Shown here: positions 17,064-25,417 of the stretch, in pieces
Layout: every line of letters starts with the position of its first letter
Numbering within the stretch: the stretch's first letter is position 1
Source: a virus
Lineage: Duplodnaviria > Caudoviricetes
IMG/VR virus record: IMGVR_UViG_3300010376_000695
Coordinates: 1 to 27,826 of that record
Direction: 5' to 3' (one strand)
Length of the DNA stretch: 27,826 bases
The notes under the pieces: generated by a model
The model's database searches: none
Told to the model about the DNA's origin: nothing
The model's input: only the letters and a program-made list of their open reading frames with translations
Made by a program: the position numbers and the translations under genes

Positions 17064-17657
17064 TTAGATGTTAACGTCGAAAAAGCTCATACGACCTTTG
17101 TCAAAAGCTTCTTCCATTCGAGAATTACGCTGAATCATTTGCTTGTTTACTTCGTCAAGTGCTATCTGACCCATACCCTGAAGCTGCTTGACAGACAGCT
17201 CCTGGGTTCGCCTCCGTTTTCCGAAAAGAATGCGTTTATGTACGCGCATTGCTATTACGTCCTGATAGATATAAAGTTTCTCGGAGTCGAATTTTAGAGG
17301 GAGCTTGAAGCCTTTTGCAATATGCTCCGGGCGGATAAATTCATATCCTTCGGCCTCAAGCTGTCCAAGGCGCCGCTGATCCCTGTTCGCCCATACTGCT
17401 ACGTACTCAGTATCTGCTAGCTTGATATCCATGTAGGCAGGGATATCATGGTCAATCAGAGGGATATTGAGAGGGAGACGTAGGTTAGTGGCTTCAAGCT
17501 CAGTCAGCTCTGCCCAGTTTGGCTCTTTGGACTTCGGCTTCTCGATAATAATCTGAGACTCAGCTTTCGGCTGCTCGCCTGCTTGCTCTGCAGCTGCTTC
17601 ACCTGCTAACTTGATTCGCTCTGCTACTTCAGCGGAGATCTGTTCAGGACTAGACAT
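17064..17657 (-). CDS. Conserved head-module protein of unknown function
   Basis: YVAVWAN....LEAEGYEFI...QDVIAMRV resembles the protein commonly found between scaffold and decoration genes in this group. Confidence 0.55.
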   Translation of the reverse strand: MSSPEQISAEVAERIKLAGEAAAEQAGEQPKAESQIIIEKPKSKEPNWAELTELEATNLRLPLNIPLIDHDIPAYMDIKLADTEYVAVWANRDQRRLGQLEAEGYEFIRPEHIAKGFKLPLKFDSEKLYIYQDVIAMRVHKRILFGKRRRTQELSVKQLQGMGQIALDEVNKQMIQRNSRMEEAFDKGRMSFFDVNI

Positions 17658-18375
17658 ATCCTACTCCCTCTTCATGAAGCATCTTTGCGTATTCTTCTTC
17701 TTTGAAACCTAGAATCTTTGCAGCCTTTCTCCCATCTTCATCAAGAGGCTTAATAGCGGGTTCTTCGGTTCCTTTGATATTTCCGCTAGCAGTTCCTCGG
17801 TTGCCTTCAGGTGCAGCAAAACGGGACTTGAGTTTTCCGTCTGCCATTTCACGCTGGTGACGGCCAAGAGTCGCGTAGTAGGCATTTTCAACCACTCCCC
17901 TATCGTTCCGATGCTGGAGAGTCTGACCTTCTAGCAGCTTATCAATTTCTGATTTGATCTCTCCGGTATAGTATGGAAAGCGCTCAGAATCGTCGAATAC
18001 ATCACGGCGGAGAGCATCTGCGCGCATAGACATTAGGGCTACGCCCTGATTGTCGGTGGTCTGCTTGATCAGGCGTTTTGTAGCAGCGACAGGATCTGTA
18101 AGCATGAGATTAGTTATCTCATCTTCGCTAGTAGTCTGCTCCTGAGCTTGACGCTGTTGTTGCTGTATCTGTTGCTGTCTCTGACGTTCTTCATCTTCAC
18201 GCACGAAACGAGCATTAAGGCCATCTAGACTCGCCTTCAGCTCATCAAAGCGTGACTTGCTTTCATTACCTGAAGCAATAGCTGAGTCGATTTTCTCAGA
18301 CATTTCCTTCGGTAGCTCTACAGTGAGAGTCTCACTGCCATCATCTGCCTTCTGACGCTGCCACGGTAGTTTCAT
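17650..18375 (-). CDS. Putative scaffolding protein
   Basis: Acidic coiled-coil with a C-terminal LDEDGRKAAKILGFKEEEYAK helix-turn-helix typical of scaffolds; lies between portal and capsid. Confidence 0.7.
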   Translation of the reverse strand: MKLPWQRQKADDGSETLTVELPKEMSEKIDSAIASGNESKSRFDELKASLDGLNARFVREDEERQRQQQIQQQQRQAQEQTTSEDEITNLMLTDPVAATKRLIKQTTDNQGVALMSMRADALRRDVFDDSERFPYYTGEIKSEIDKLLEGQTLQHRNDRGVVENAYYATLGRHQREMADGKLKSRFAAPEGNRGTASGNIKGTEEPAIKPLDEDGRKAAKILGFKEEEYAKMLHEEGVGYV

Positions 18376-18680
18376 ACCTGCTCCGTCGCTTTCGCGATTT
18401 TTGCTCGTTGTTCTTTGACTTGCTCTACCTGCTTCTCCGCTTCCTTAATAACATCTGGAAGACGAGACATCATACGAAGTGCTCGAATAGTCGATGCGAT
18501 TTCAGCCTTGCTTAGAAAAGCTCCAGCACTTTCAAAGTTCCTAGCAACGAGCAATTCAGTTTGCTCTTTGATAATGTTACATAGGAAGACCGCCACCGGC
18601 TGGAAGCGCTGATCCTCCCATAGCTCCGATATCGCCTCCCGGTAAGGAATTAAATCCTCCAGCTTGTTGATCTCCACCAC
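18372..18680 (-). CDS. Small helical post-portal protein
   Basis: The likely start is GTG 18680 with an AAGGAG SD, inside the portal 3' end; ATGA-coupled to the scaffold gene. Confidence 0.6.
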   Translation of the reverse strand: MVEINKLEDLIPYREAISELWEDQRFQPVAVFLCNIIKEQTELLVARNFESAGAFLSKAEIASTIRALRMMSRLPDVIKEAEKQVEQVKEQRAKIAKATEQV

Positions 18681-20595
18681 CTGCTCCTTCTGGAGCACCC
18701 ATACCCATCCCTACAGCACCGCCCCCAGGTGCTCCCTGTGGTGGCTGTGCGCTCTGAGCTGCCATTGCTATAAGCTGCTTAACTTGTGGTAGATATGCAT
18801 CTACGTTACTCTTATTGAAATTACGTAAGAGACCCTGCATTAAGACTCTAGAAGCTATAAGAGTTTGCGCGAAATAATCTTTCATCGGAGGAGGAACTTG
18901 TGGATTCATCATCGCTTCTATGATCTGGCTCTGTCTTTGATAGTATCCCTGCAATCTGTCTCCGAGCATGACATCATTCTGTCTATCAAGCTCTTTGTTC
19001 AGTGCTGCTGAAGTAGGTCGAAGACGTAATCCCAAAGAGCCTTTAGAAACTGCCTCAAGCGCCTTAGCCAAGATTGGAGCGTTTGTACCATATCTCCTTA
19101 AGCGGTCTCCTATACCAAAGACAGAATACATAGTACCTAGCTTCGTTCCTATTTTTACATGGGCAGATCGCATATCAGAGGTTCTTAGAGAATTTCTGTT
19201 GTTCTGTTGGGCAAGGACCATGCTGGTTCCGGCTGCGCTGTAGATTCCACGCCGGGGATTGACGATGCCGCCCCCTGTTCCGCCCATCGCAGGATCAACT
19301 CCTGCTCTTTCTTTAGCACATGCTTGAATAAACTCGTCGGGCGCGTTGTTATATCCAACGTCAGCTGCAGTTTTAATGTATTCAAGTTCTCCTGATCTTG
19401 CTGGAATCGCAACGCCAGGAAATACATCGAGGATACTGGAGAGCTTAGACTCTGGGCTAATTCGCCAAGCTCCAAGCATTGCATAATTGCGATTATTTGT
19501 TCGCCAGTTAATGTTGTTGGATAATTCTTTTTGATACACATGGAGAAGTTCTGCGAAGCCTGTTCCAAGGTATGCCTCCTCGTCGTATGCTAACTTGACA
19601 TCCTCATACGGAATCATGTTCTTGGGATAGTTGTTATAGGTTATATATAAGATAGTCTTAGTACGTTTATGATAATTCGCGAACATGGAATAAGTCTTAT
19701 TATTCTTACGATAAGAGAAGACGCAGCGGTGGATGTACCAGCGAGCTGCTCCATCTGAAACACCGCCCGGATCTATCTTCTTCTCATCGTTGAAAGCCAT
19801 TTCCATCTCATTCTCCTGTGTAGCATCAGGAGAAAAGAGCATGTGATCGATATCTTTCTGCTTGTAGTAGGGACTCTTGCCGGGAAGATTCTTTACATCC
19901 CAGAGATCAAGAGTATCAATATGATAGAAGAATTTCATGTTCCCGAGATTAGGACAGTTAGGATCGAAACCCCAACGGTTTAAAGGGATCATCTCAGGAT
20001 GTGGGCCGTCCCGTGATACGAATTCATTCTCCCGACCCTCTGGCATAGTGTCTTCTTCAGCACCAGCAGAGCCTAAGCCGCCTCCGATGTAGACGAATTC
20101 TATTTCTTTTTGATATTCCCAAGGGAAATGAATAACGCCAGTACCGTATTTGTTAGCAGAATGGAAACCACCTTGCTCTACTCTATAGAGATCCAGCTCC
20201 TGCGGATCATATGCTTCGTCCTGGAGGAAGGTTTGGTAGATTTCTTTATATTCTTCTCCCTCTTTGGTCGGAGTATCTCCTGCTAGATTCGCAGTCCAGA
20301 GAGGATCGTACATCCAGATTCCTGCCATTTGACGAGCAAGTAGTTCGTCAGAGTAGGTGCCGATTAGTTGTACTGTAAGATTCGAGGCTCCTTCCCACGG
20401 CCAGTCTATGTTATCGCTCTTAGGTTTTCCCTTATAGAGACGCACGTATTCGGGAAGAGTACCAATGCGGAAGGTATTGAGGCGGCGATCCAGATGCTCG
20501 ATCTTCTCTTCTATATACTTACACAGGTCTGCATACTCGTCTTTTCCGAAATCGCTTGCGCGAACGAGAATTGGAGGATTATAAGGCACTGTCAC
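18577..20595 (-). CDS. Portal protein
   Basis: DWPWEGASNL, YGTGV, YLGTGFAELL and ERAGVD motifs; follows terL; Gly/Pro-rich C-terminal tail. Confidence 0.9.
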   Translation of the reverse strand: MTVPYNPPILVRASDFGKDEYADLCKYIEEKIEHLDRRLNTFRIGTLPEYVRLYKGKPKSDNIDWPWEGASNLTVQLIGTYSDELLARQMAGIWMYDPLWTANLAGDTPTKEGEEYKEIYQTFLQDEAYDPQELDLYRVEQGGFHSANKYGTGVIHFPWEYQKEIEFVYIGGGLGSAGAEEDTMPEGRENEFVSRDGPHPEMIPLNRWGFDPNCPNLGNMKFFYHIDTLDLWDVKNLPGKSPYYKQKDIDHMLFSPDATQENEMEMAFNDEKKIDPGGVSDGAARWYIHRCVFSYRKNNKTYSMFANYHKRTKTILYITYNNYPKNMIPYEDVKLAYDEEAYLGTGFAELLHVYQKELSNNINWRTNNRNYAMLGAWRISPESKLSSILDVFPGVAIPARSGELEYIKTAADVGYNNAPDEFIQACAKERAGVDPAMGGTGGGIVNPRRGIYSAAGTSMVLAQQNNRNSLRTSDMRSAHVKIGTKLGTMYSVFGIGDRLRRYGTNAPILAKALEAVSKGSLGLRLRPTSAALNKELDRQNDVMLGDRLQGYYQRQSQIIEAMMNPQVPPPMKDYFAQTLIASRVLMQGLLRNFNKSNVDAYLPQVKQLIAMAAQSAQPPQGAPGGGAVGMGMGAPEGAGGGDQQAGGFNSLPGGDIGAMGGSALPAGGGLPM

Positions 20596-20767
20596 TCCGA
20601 TCTACAGAGACGAGTCTAAAAGGATCTTTGGTGAATCTGATAGTGTAGTGCACACTTCCGCTACGTAGACGAAGATAGTAGGACTTCTCTGTTTCCGTGC
20701 AAGATGGCCCCTGGGGAATAATCTCCATCTCGCGCCTGACAGCAACATAGACTTCAGTCTCATTCAT
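20579..20767 (-). CDS. Small hypothetical protein (62 aa)
   Basis: ATGA overlap with the terL stop and a short overlap with the portal start; fills the gap between them. Confidence 0.55.
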   Translation of the reverse strand: MNETEVYVAVRREMEIIPQGPSCTETEKSYYLRLRSGSVHYTIRFTKDPFRLVSVDRSDSAL

Positions 20768-22677
20768 GCTACACTAGCCATTCTGCGAGCAAATGCTGAT
20801 CGCTGCTTCTCCATGAATTCACCTACATCTTCTTCGTTGTGTATTTCAATCGGAGCTAGCTGAGGGACGTAACCGAAACAATCGAGGAGATCAATAGTGG
20901 TTTTCTGCTGTCCGTACTTTTCAGCCTCCTCACGGAAATCAGCACAATTATTAGCATCGAGCCAAACCTCGTGACGCTCAACAAGTGGGATGGTATTGTC
21001 AATTCGTATCTGCTTTTCATTCGCGCTCCGTCGCTGAGACTTCAAAGGCTCCATCACTATGCCCTCAAGTTCGGGATGTTTTTTGTAGTTTGCTTGGATG
21101 TAGTAGTTGAAGTGATATAGCAGGTACTTTTGTCCGAAATCAGCTTCGGCATGAACTCTGCGGAGCTTCCACTTGATAGCGTAGAACAGGAGCTTTTCGA
21201 CATATCTCTCGATTTTACAAGCCTCAGCCCACTGGTCGAGGATATAAATTCTTCGTGGGTTATGTTGGATGCCGACAACCAAAATAGCATGTCTACCCCT
21301 GCCACCAACAGTGAGCAAACGATCAGGGTGCTCACCGCTATGATTGGGATCAGTAATAAGATAGCGATCAAGATAGCGAGGAAAGATATCATCTTCGACA
21401 TCTCCTTCTGCCACATGATGGCGGATGATCGTACGATACTGTTGTGGATGGACGATGCTATCAAAGACTAAAAGCTTTTTCCAAGGCATTTCTTTCGGTT
21501 CTTTTGGGATACTCAAGGCGCTGTTAGTACGCTCTAGAGAGAAGTATCTAAAGTCAGAAATAGTGAATTTCTTTTTTGCAGGATCAATTGGGATGTTGAG
21601 GAATTGACAGGAAAAATGATAAGATCCAAGTCTATGTTTCCACCGCATAAGCTTCTGCTTTGTAAAAGCTTCTGGGAATATAGGTACTTGGATAGGGTGG
21701 AGGGAGCAACATCCGCCAAGTGCGCTATGTGTGGTCCAACTAAAATAGTTCTCTTCTCGCCGTATGTATGAATTGAGATCATCATGGCTCCACCGATTTC
21801 CTACCACAATTTCGTCAAAGTCTTTGCCGGGATTATTCGGATCGAAGTTGGTAGCACCTGCGAGGATCTGATGATAGTCAATAGCATCTGCCATTACAAC
21901 AGCGGACCTGCGAGCTTCTCTTCCGATGAGATCATCTTGGATGACGACATCATAATGTCTACTCTGCAAGGCCGCGCCAACTCCAATGAAATCAAATGTT
22001 CCTTCTCCTTGTCCTCTACCTGCACTAGTTCTCCGCTGATGCAGAGAGTCAGTTGTCCAGGTCTCTTTTTCCGTAGGAAGGATATCAAAGAAGAGTTGTC
22101 GGAAGAGATCATTACTTTCATAATGGTTTGCAACTCTACCTCCTATTTTGACAGCGTTCTTAATGGTCTCAGAGACAACAAGAATTCTGATATCCTGATT
22201 GTGTGCTCGTCGCATCCATTCGATGAATAGATCAGAGAAGCCGATAGTACTAAAGAAATCTTCTTCAAGATGACCGAACGGTAGCGCCCGCCAGATTGGA
22301 TAAATTTCACAGTACACAGTCGTTTTGAGATGATCACGCGGAATTTCTATCCCTTCTTTCAGCCCATCCTTTAGAACAATCAAGCACATTATGTAGTGGA
22401 GATTGCGCCGTTTATCTGAGGCGCGAGACATAAGATTACGCTTTAAGACTACAGTCCCGAGATAGTATGGGTCCATTAAGCAGTTTGCACGAAAGGCTAA
22501 GTGCTTCGCACTATCTGGTAAAGCCTCTGTGGGGATTAGGTTGTAGTTTAGGATAGCACTGCGCGGGACATAACTTTCCCCAAGCTCCCCGTAGAGAAGC
22601 TGAGAGCGTACTGCGTCTTTTACGTATCGAATGCTTTGTGCTGTAGGGGCAACGGTCACAGACCGGGAACCCTTCAC
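20764..22677 (-). CDS. terL: Terminase large subunit
   Basis: Walker A-like IPRDHLKTT, Walker B RHYDVVIQDD, coupling motif VGNRW, FSCQFLNIP, and RNase H-like nuclease acids (ITDP, EAD, IDLLD). Confidence 0.92.
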   Translation of the reverse strand: MKGSRSVTVAPTAQSIRYVKDAVRSQLLYGELGESYVPRSAILNYNLIPTEALPDSAKHLAFRANCLMDPYYLGTVVLKRNLMSRASDKRRNLHYIMCLIVLKDGLKEGIEIPRDHLKTTVYCEIYPIWRALPFGHLEEDFFSTIGFSDLFIEWMRRAHNQDIRILVVSETIKNAVKIGGRVANHYESNDLFRQLFFDILPTEKETWTTDSLHQRRTSAGRGQGEGTFDFIGVGAALQSRHYDVVIQDDLIGREARRSAVVMADAIDYHQILAGATNFDPNNPGKDFDEIVVGNRWSHDDLNSYIRREENYFSWTTHSALGGCCSLHPIQVPIFPEAFTKQKLMRWKHRLGSYHFSCQFLNIPIDPAKKKFTISDFRYFSLERTNSALSIPKEPKEMPWKKLLVFDSIVHPQQYRTIIRHHVAEGDVEDDIFPRYLDRYLITDPNHSGEHPDRLLTVGGRGRHAILVVGIQHNPRRIYILDQWAEACKIERYVEKLLFYAIKWKLRRVHAEADFGQKYLLYHFNYYIQANYKKHPELEGIVMEPLKSQRRSANEKQIRIDNTIPLVERHEVWLDANNCADFREEAEKYGQQKTTIDLLDCFGYVPQLAPIEIHNEEDVGEFMEKQRSAFARRMASVA

Positions 22678-22693
22678 CTGCTCCGGTTAGGGG

Positions 22694-22873
22694 TTACTTA
22701 GCATCTGCTCCTGTATACTTTTTAGAGACCCGTGCTCGCTTCGCGCTACGAGCAGCTTCATAACTCTCACTACTCCGACCAGAGGAAGAAACTGGAACGC
22801 CAGTATGTCCTTGTCCTAATTTTATACCTTGGGACTGACCTTTTCCTTGGATACGAACCTTTTGTTTAGGCAT
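22694..22873 (-). CDS. 59-aa basic peptide (below the ORF-track cutoff)
   Basis: Translated by hand: MPKQKVRIQGKGQSQGIKLGQGHTGVPVSSSGRSSESYEAARSAKRARVSKKYTGADAK*. GAGGAG SD; 8-nt overlap with the upstream gene. Confidence 0.7.
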   Translation of the reverse strand: MPKQKVRIQGKGQSQGIKLGQGHTGVPVSSSGRSSESYEAARSAKRARVSKKYTGADAK

Positions 22874-23276
22874 TTGCTAACTCCTCATCAGGAGGTTCTG
22901 GTCCTTGGCCTTTTTCGCAGCAAGCTGCTATCTCTGCTTCGTAATCAGCCCAATTAACAGCTAGAAGACTAGCCATTGCGCTTTCAATGCTAGATGCAGC
23001 AGTATGCTGCATACCATATGGGCAACCAGCTTCAGAGCCGGGATCGGGACTATAAGCATGAGCCAAGTCCCAAGATGTAATTTCAGCCTCAGAAATGCCA
23101 GCTTTACGACAGAGATACTCTTCTACTATTTCATGGAGCAGGACAAGAAACTCGTAGTCTTCATTTCCAAGCTCTGAAATACGGAAGCGAACATGACCCT
23201 TGTAGGGATAGTAGTAATCCCCCACGGTGTTATACCGCTGTGCATCGTGGGGGATTGTTAGAGCGTCTAATCGCAT
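22866..23276 (-). CDS. Small HExxE metal-binding, zincin-like protein
   Basis: VGDYY...LVLLHEIVE...CPYGMQHTAA..IE; GGAGG upstream. Confidence 0.6.
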   Translation of the reverse strand: MRLDALTIPHDAQRYNTVGDYYYPYKGHVRFRISELGNEDYEFLVLLHEIVEEYLCRKAGISEAEITSWDLAHAYSPDPGSEAGCPYGMQHTAASSIESAMASLLAVNWADYEAEIAACCEKGQGPEPPDEELANA

Positions 23277-23295
23277 AGAGCAAGGGCCTCCGACC

Positions 23296-23814
23296 TCAGG
23301 CTGTCTGAGTGATAACTACAGTGAAGACGCTAACTTCAGGATTAACGGGGACTGTGAGAGTCCCTGTAACAGCGTTGCCATTCGGATCAGTGGTTACAGC
23401 GGTGAGGATAAGCTGTGAAGCCGTGTCAGAAGCAGGAACGGTGACGATGACAGTAGCGCCAGTCGGATCGGACGGGTCCATTGTAATAGTCGATGAAGGA
23501 TCATCATCTGACCATTGCCAGGAACTACCCGGAGGTAGATCCATAGGAACACCAGCGTTTAGCAACTGAGCTTGAAATGTTCCTTGTCCACCTGCTGGAA
23601 TACCATTCCCTCCCGGCTTCGGCTTCGAGTGAGCAGGAGTTGGTTTGCCAGCAGGAGCTTTGGAAGGCTTATCAGGGGTCATACAATCTCCTTTTGCGCT
23701 TTGGGTTATAAGTACTGAGTAGGGGTTGAGAGCAACTTCGCTGTAGAAGTTAACTATCAGATCCCCCGCCACGTTCACTTCGATGTTGATGGTATCTGCT
23801 ATTATCTCGATCAT
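23296..23814 (-). CDS. Ig-like domain protein, probable second start at 23682
   Basis: TFQAQL...WQWSDDDP...VTV...LTAVTTDPNG..VTGTLTVPV is a bacterial Ig-like pattern. The internal ATG at 23682 has an AAAAGGAG SD. Confidence 0.6.
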   Translation of the reverse strand: MIEIIADTINIEVNVAGDLIVNFYSEVALNPYSVLITQSAKGDCMTPDKPSKAPAGKPTPAHSKPKPGGNGIPAGGQGTFQAQLLNAGVPMDLPPGSSWQWSDDDPSSTITMDPSDPTGATVIVTVPASDTASQLILTAVTTDPNGNAVTGTLTVPVNPEVSVFTVVITQTA

Positions 23815-23838
23815 AGCATCTTAGCTGCTCCCCACTCC

Positions 23839-23948
23839 GTCCGGCTAAAGCCGGACTTCGGCTGCTCTCTCGGAGGCTCTCTCGGCGCTTTAGCGGAGCC
23901 CCGTCCCCTTGCGCTTCGCGCAATCGCGCTCGACGCGCGAGCGGGGAC
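23839..23948. repeat. GC-rich palindrome cluster including a Y-shaped element
   Basis: GTCCGGC-TAAA-GCCGGAC; GCTCTCTCGG twice; GTCCCC[TTGCGC-TTC-GCGCAA][TCGCGC-TCGAC-GCGCGA]GC-GGGGAC. Confidence 0.75.
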
Positions 23949-23953
23949 TCGAA

Positions 23954-24808
23954 CTAGTCGGTTCCCTGCTCCGCATCCAGAGATCCTATAAGATCTTCTG
24001 CTTGCTCAGTTGTCGGAGCAGCAGAGGATCGGAAAGCATCAATGATCTTTTGAGCTGCATCAATCTTGTCTGCACGCTCAACAGCATCTTGAACGCTAAC
24101 TATTCCAGTTGTGCCAGCGGCTGCTACAGATAGAATTTGGATAGAAGTTGCTTCGTGAATAGTCCAGTCGAAGGCGGGAGCAGTAACAACTTCAGCGCGC
24201 TGAACCTTTGCGAGAGTTCCCTCGCGATCGAGGATATCTCTTGCAACTTCATGCTGGAAGCGCCGCTCTCCTAATGTGATTGCTGGAGCGTGAACAGCAT
24301 TTGCAATAACTTGAAGCGCAGCAGGAAGCATTCGAGTTAGCATCTCTTTGCGCTGTGCTTTAGTTTCCTCTAGAGCACCGTCTTGGTCTATGATTAGACC
24401 AGTGGTTATTTTAATCCTAGCAGCAAGATAATCAGGACTTTTCTTAATGCTTCGTAGACGGTTGACAGTAATAGTGAGCATTCCGCTGATCGCTGATTCG
24501 GGTATTCCAGCATTTTCAAGCCGCACGATAAGTTCGAGTCTACGCTGGTTCCTGAACTGTCGTCCAAGCTCAGGCTTGGGACCAAGTGCCCCTTTAGGAC
24601 TTATAGATCCTCCATAGTAAAGATGCCCTGGAGCAGCAGGCGGATGATACTGGAGTGGGGGAGCAGGAACGTTAATAGCATTTGCGGGACCGGGAGAAAC
24701 ATTGGAGGAAGCAGTTGCTCCTACGACACCAGATGCTAACTGAGACGCCATCTTAGCCGCATCTGATATCGCCCAGCTCCCTACCGACTGTTTTATCCTT
24801 GGTGGCAT
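23954..24808 (-). CDS. Putative terminase small subunit
   Basis: HTH-like RRLELIVRLENAGIPESAISGMLTITVNRLRSIKKSPDY followed by helices ending ARDILDREG; first large gene of the operon upstream of terL; GGAG SD. Confidence 0.55.
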   Translation of the reverse strand: MPPRIKQSVGSWAISDAAKMASQLASGVVGATASSNVSPGPANAINVPAPPLQYHPPAAPGHLYYGGSISPKGALGPKPELGRQFRNQRRLELIVRLENAGIPESAISGMLTITVNRLRSIKKSPDYLAARIKITTGLIIDQDGALEETKAQRKEMLTRMLPAALQVIANAVHAPAITLGERRFQHEVARDILDREGTLAKVQRAEVVTAPAFDWTIHEATSIQILSVAAAGTTGIVSVQDAVERADKIDAAQKIIDAFRSSAAPTTEQAEDLIGSLDAEQGTD

Positions 24809-24848
24809 TTACTATATCTCCAGTGCTACTCTTACGCGGGACGCTGCT

Positions 24849-24886
24849 AAAAAAGAGGGAGAGCTAAAGAGCTTTAGCTCCCCCCC
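24849..24886 (-). terminator. Intrinsic terminator in the late-operon leader
   Basis: Minus strand GGGGGGGAGCTAAA-GCTC-TTTAGCTCTCCCTC-TTTTTT: a 14-bp stem (two G-U) followed by U6. Confidence 0.8.
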
Positions 24887-25077
24887 TGCGAAGAAGCGTT
24901 CGCTGCCTGGGAAAAATAAGAAGAAAGCACCTGCCGGAGTCCTCGCGGCTCACCTGCTGGAATGGACGAAGGAGCAGGAGATGGCTCTGCTACCCCACGG
25001 GTATGCGAGAGCACCAGGTGCGTCAAGAGCATATCGAGTCTGTTACTAGGAGTTCGCAAGATGATAGAAAGGCCCAT
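24874..25077 (-). CDS. Possible leader ORF (67 aa)
   Basis: GAGG SD upstream, downstream of a candidate promoter; its stop codon lies inside the terminator stem. No recognisable motif. Confidence 0.4.
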   Translation of the reverse strand: MGLSIILRTPSNRLDMLLTHLVLSHTRGVAEPSPAPSSIPAGEPRGLRQVLSSYFSQAANASSQGGS

Positions 25078-25102
25078 GCTTTTTTACCTCAAACTTAGGT
25101 TA

Positions 25103-25132
25103 ATTGGATCACGGGTCACCCAAGGCTGTCAA
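25103..25132 (-). promoter_or_regulatory. Candidate sigma70-type promoter for the morphogenesis operon
   Basis: Minus strand TTGACA-N18-TCCAAT with a TGn extension just before the -10 box. Confidence 0.5.
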
Positions 25133-25294
25133 GGGGTTTTTTCCAGCTTTTTCCCTTTAGAATCAAGGAGATAACCTACGAAAGTTTTCGTACTTCGGGG
25201 GTCGGGGGTAGAACTGTGGCAGCATTTGACTTCATATGCTAACACCCTGCGCCTAGGCACCTGCCTGCGAGTGTCTATAGGTAACACTTACTAT

Positions 25295-25333
25295 AGATAT
25301 CTTCGAAACAGCAGATATCTTCGAAACAGCAGA
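25295..25333. repeat. Perfect 18-bp tandem duplication AGATATCTTCGAAACAGC x2 (+AGA)
   Basis: Units at 25295-25312 and 25313-25330. Confidence 0.9.
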
Positions 25334-25385
25334 ACATGCGCTCCGCGCGACGCGCCTGCCCCTCTAGCGCTCCGCGCCTGCCTAT

Positions 25386-25417
25386 CTTCCTATAATACTT
25401 CCTAACTTCCTATAATA
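25386..25417 (+). repeat. CTTCCTA x3, two extended as CTTCCTATAATA
   Basis: Copies at 25386, 25398 and 25406; inverted TAGGAA at 25431. Confidence 0.7.

Noticed and set aside
1230-24133. Many plus-strand and nested alternative-frame ORFs in the track (e.g. 12032-12514, 21784-22230, 21057-21464)
   Set aside because: They lie within well-supported minus-strand genes and show no recognisable motifs; treated as shadow ORFs.
25295-25417. CRISPR or mini-array
   Set aside because: The repeats are directly adjacent or very short, with no regular unique spacers.
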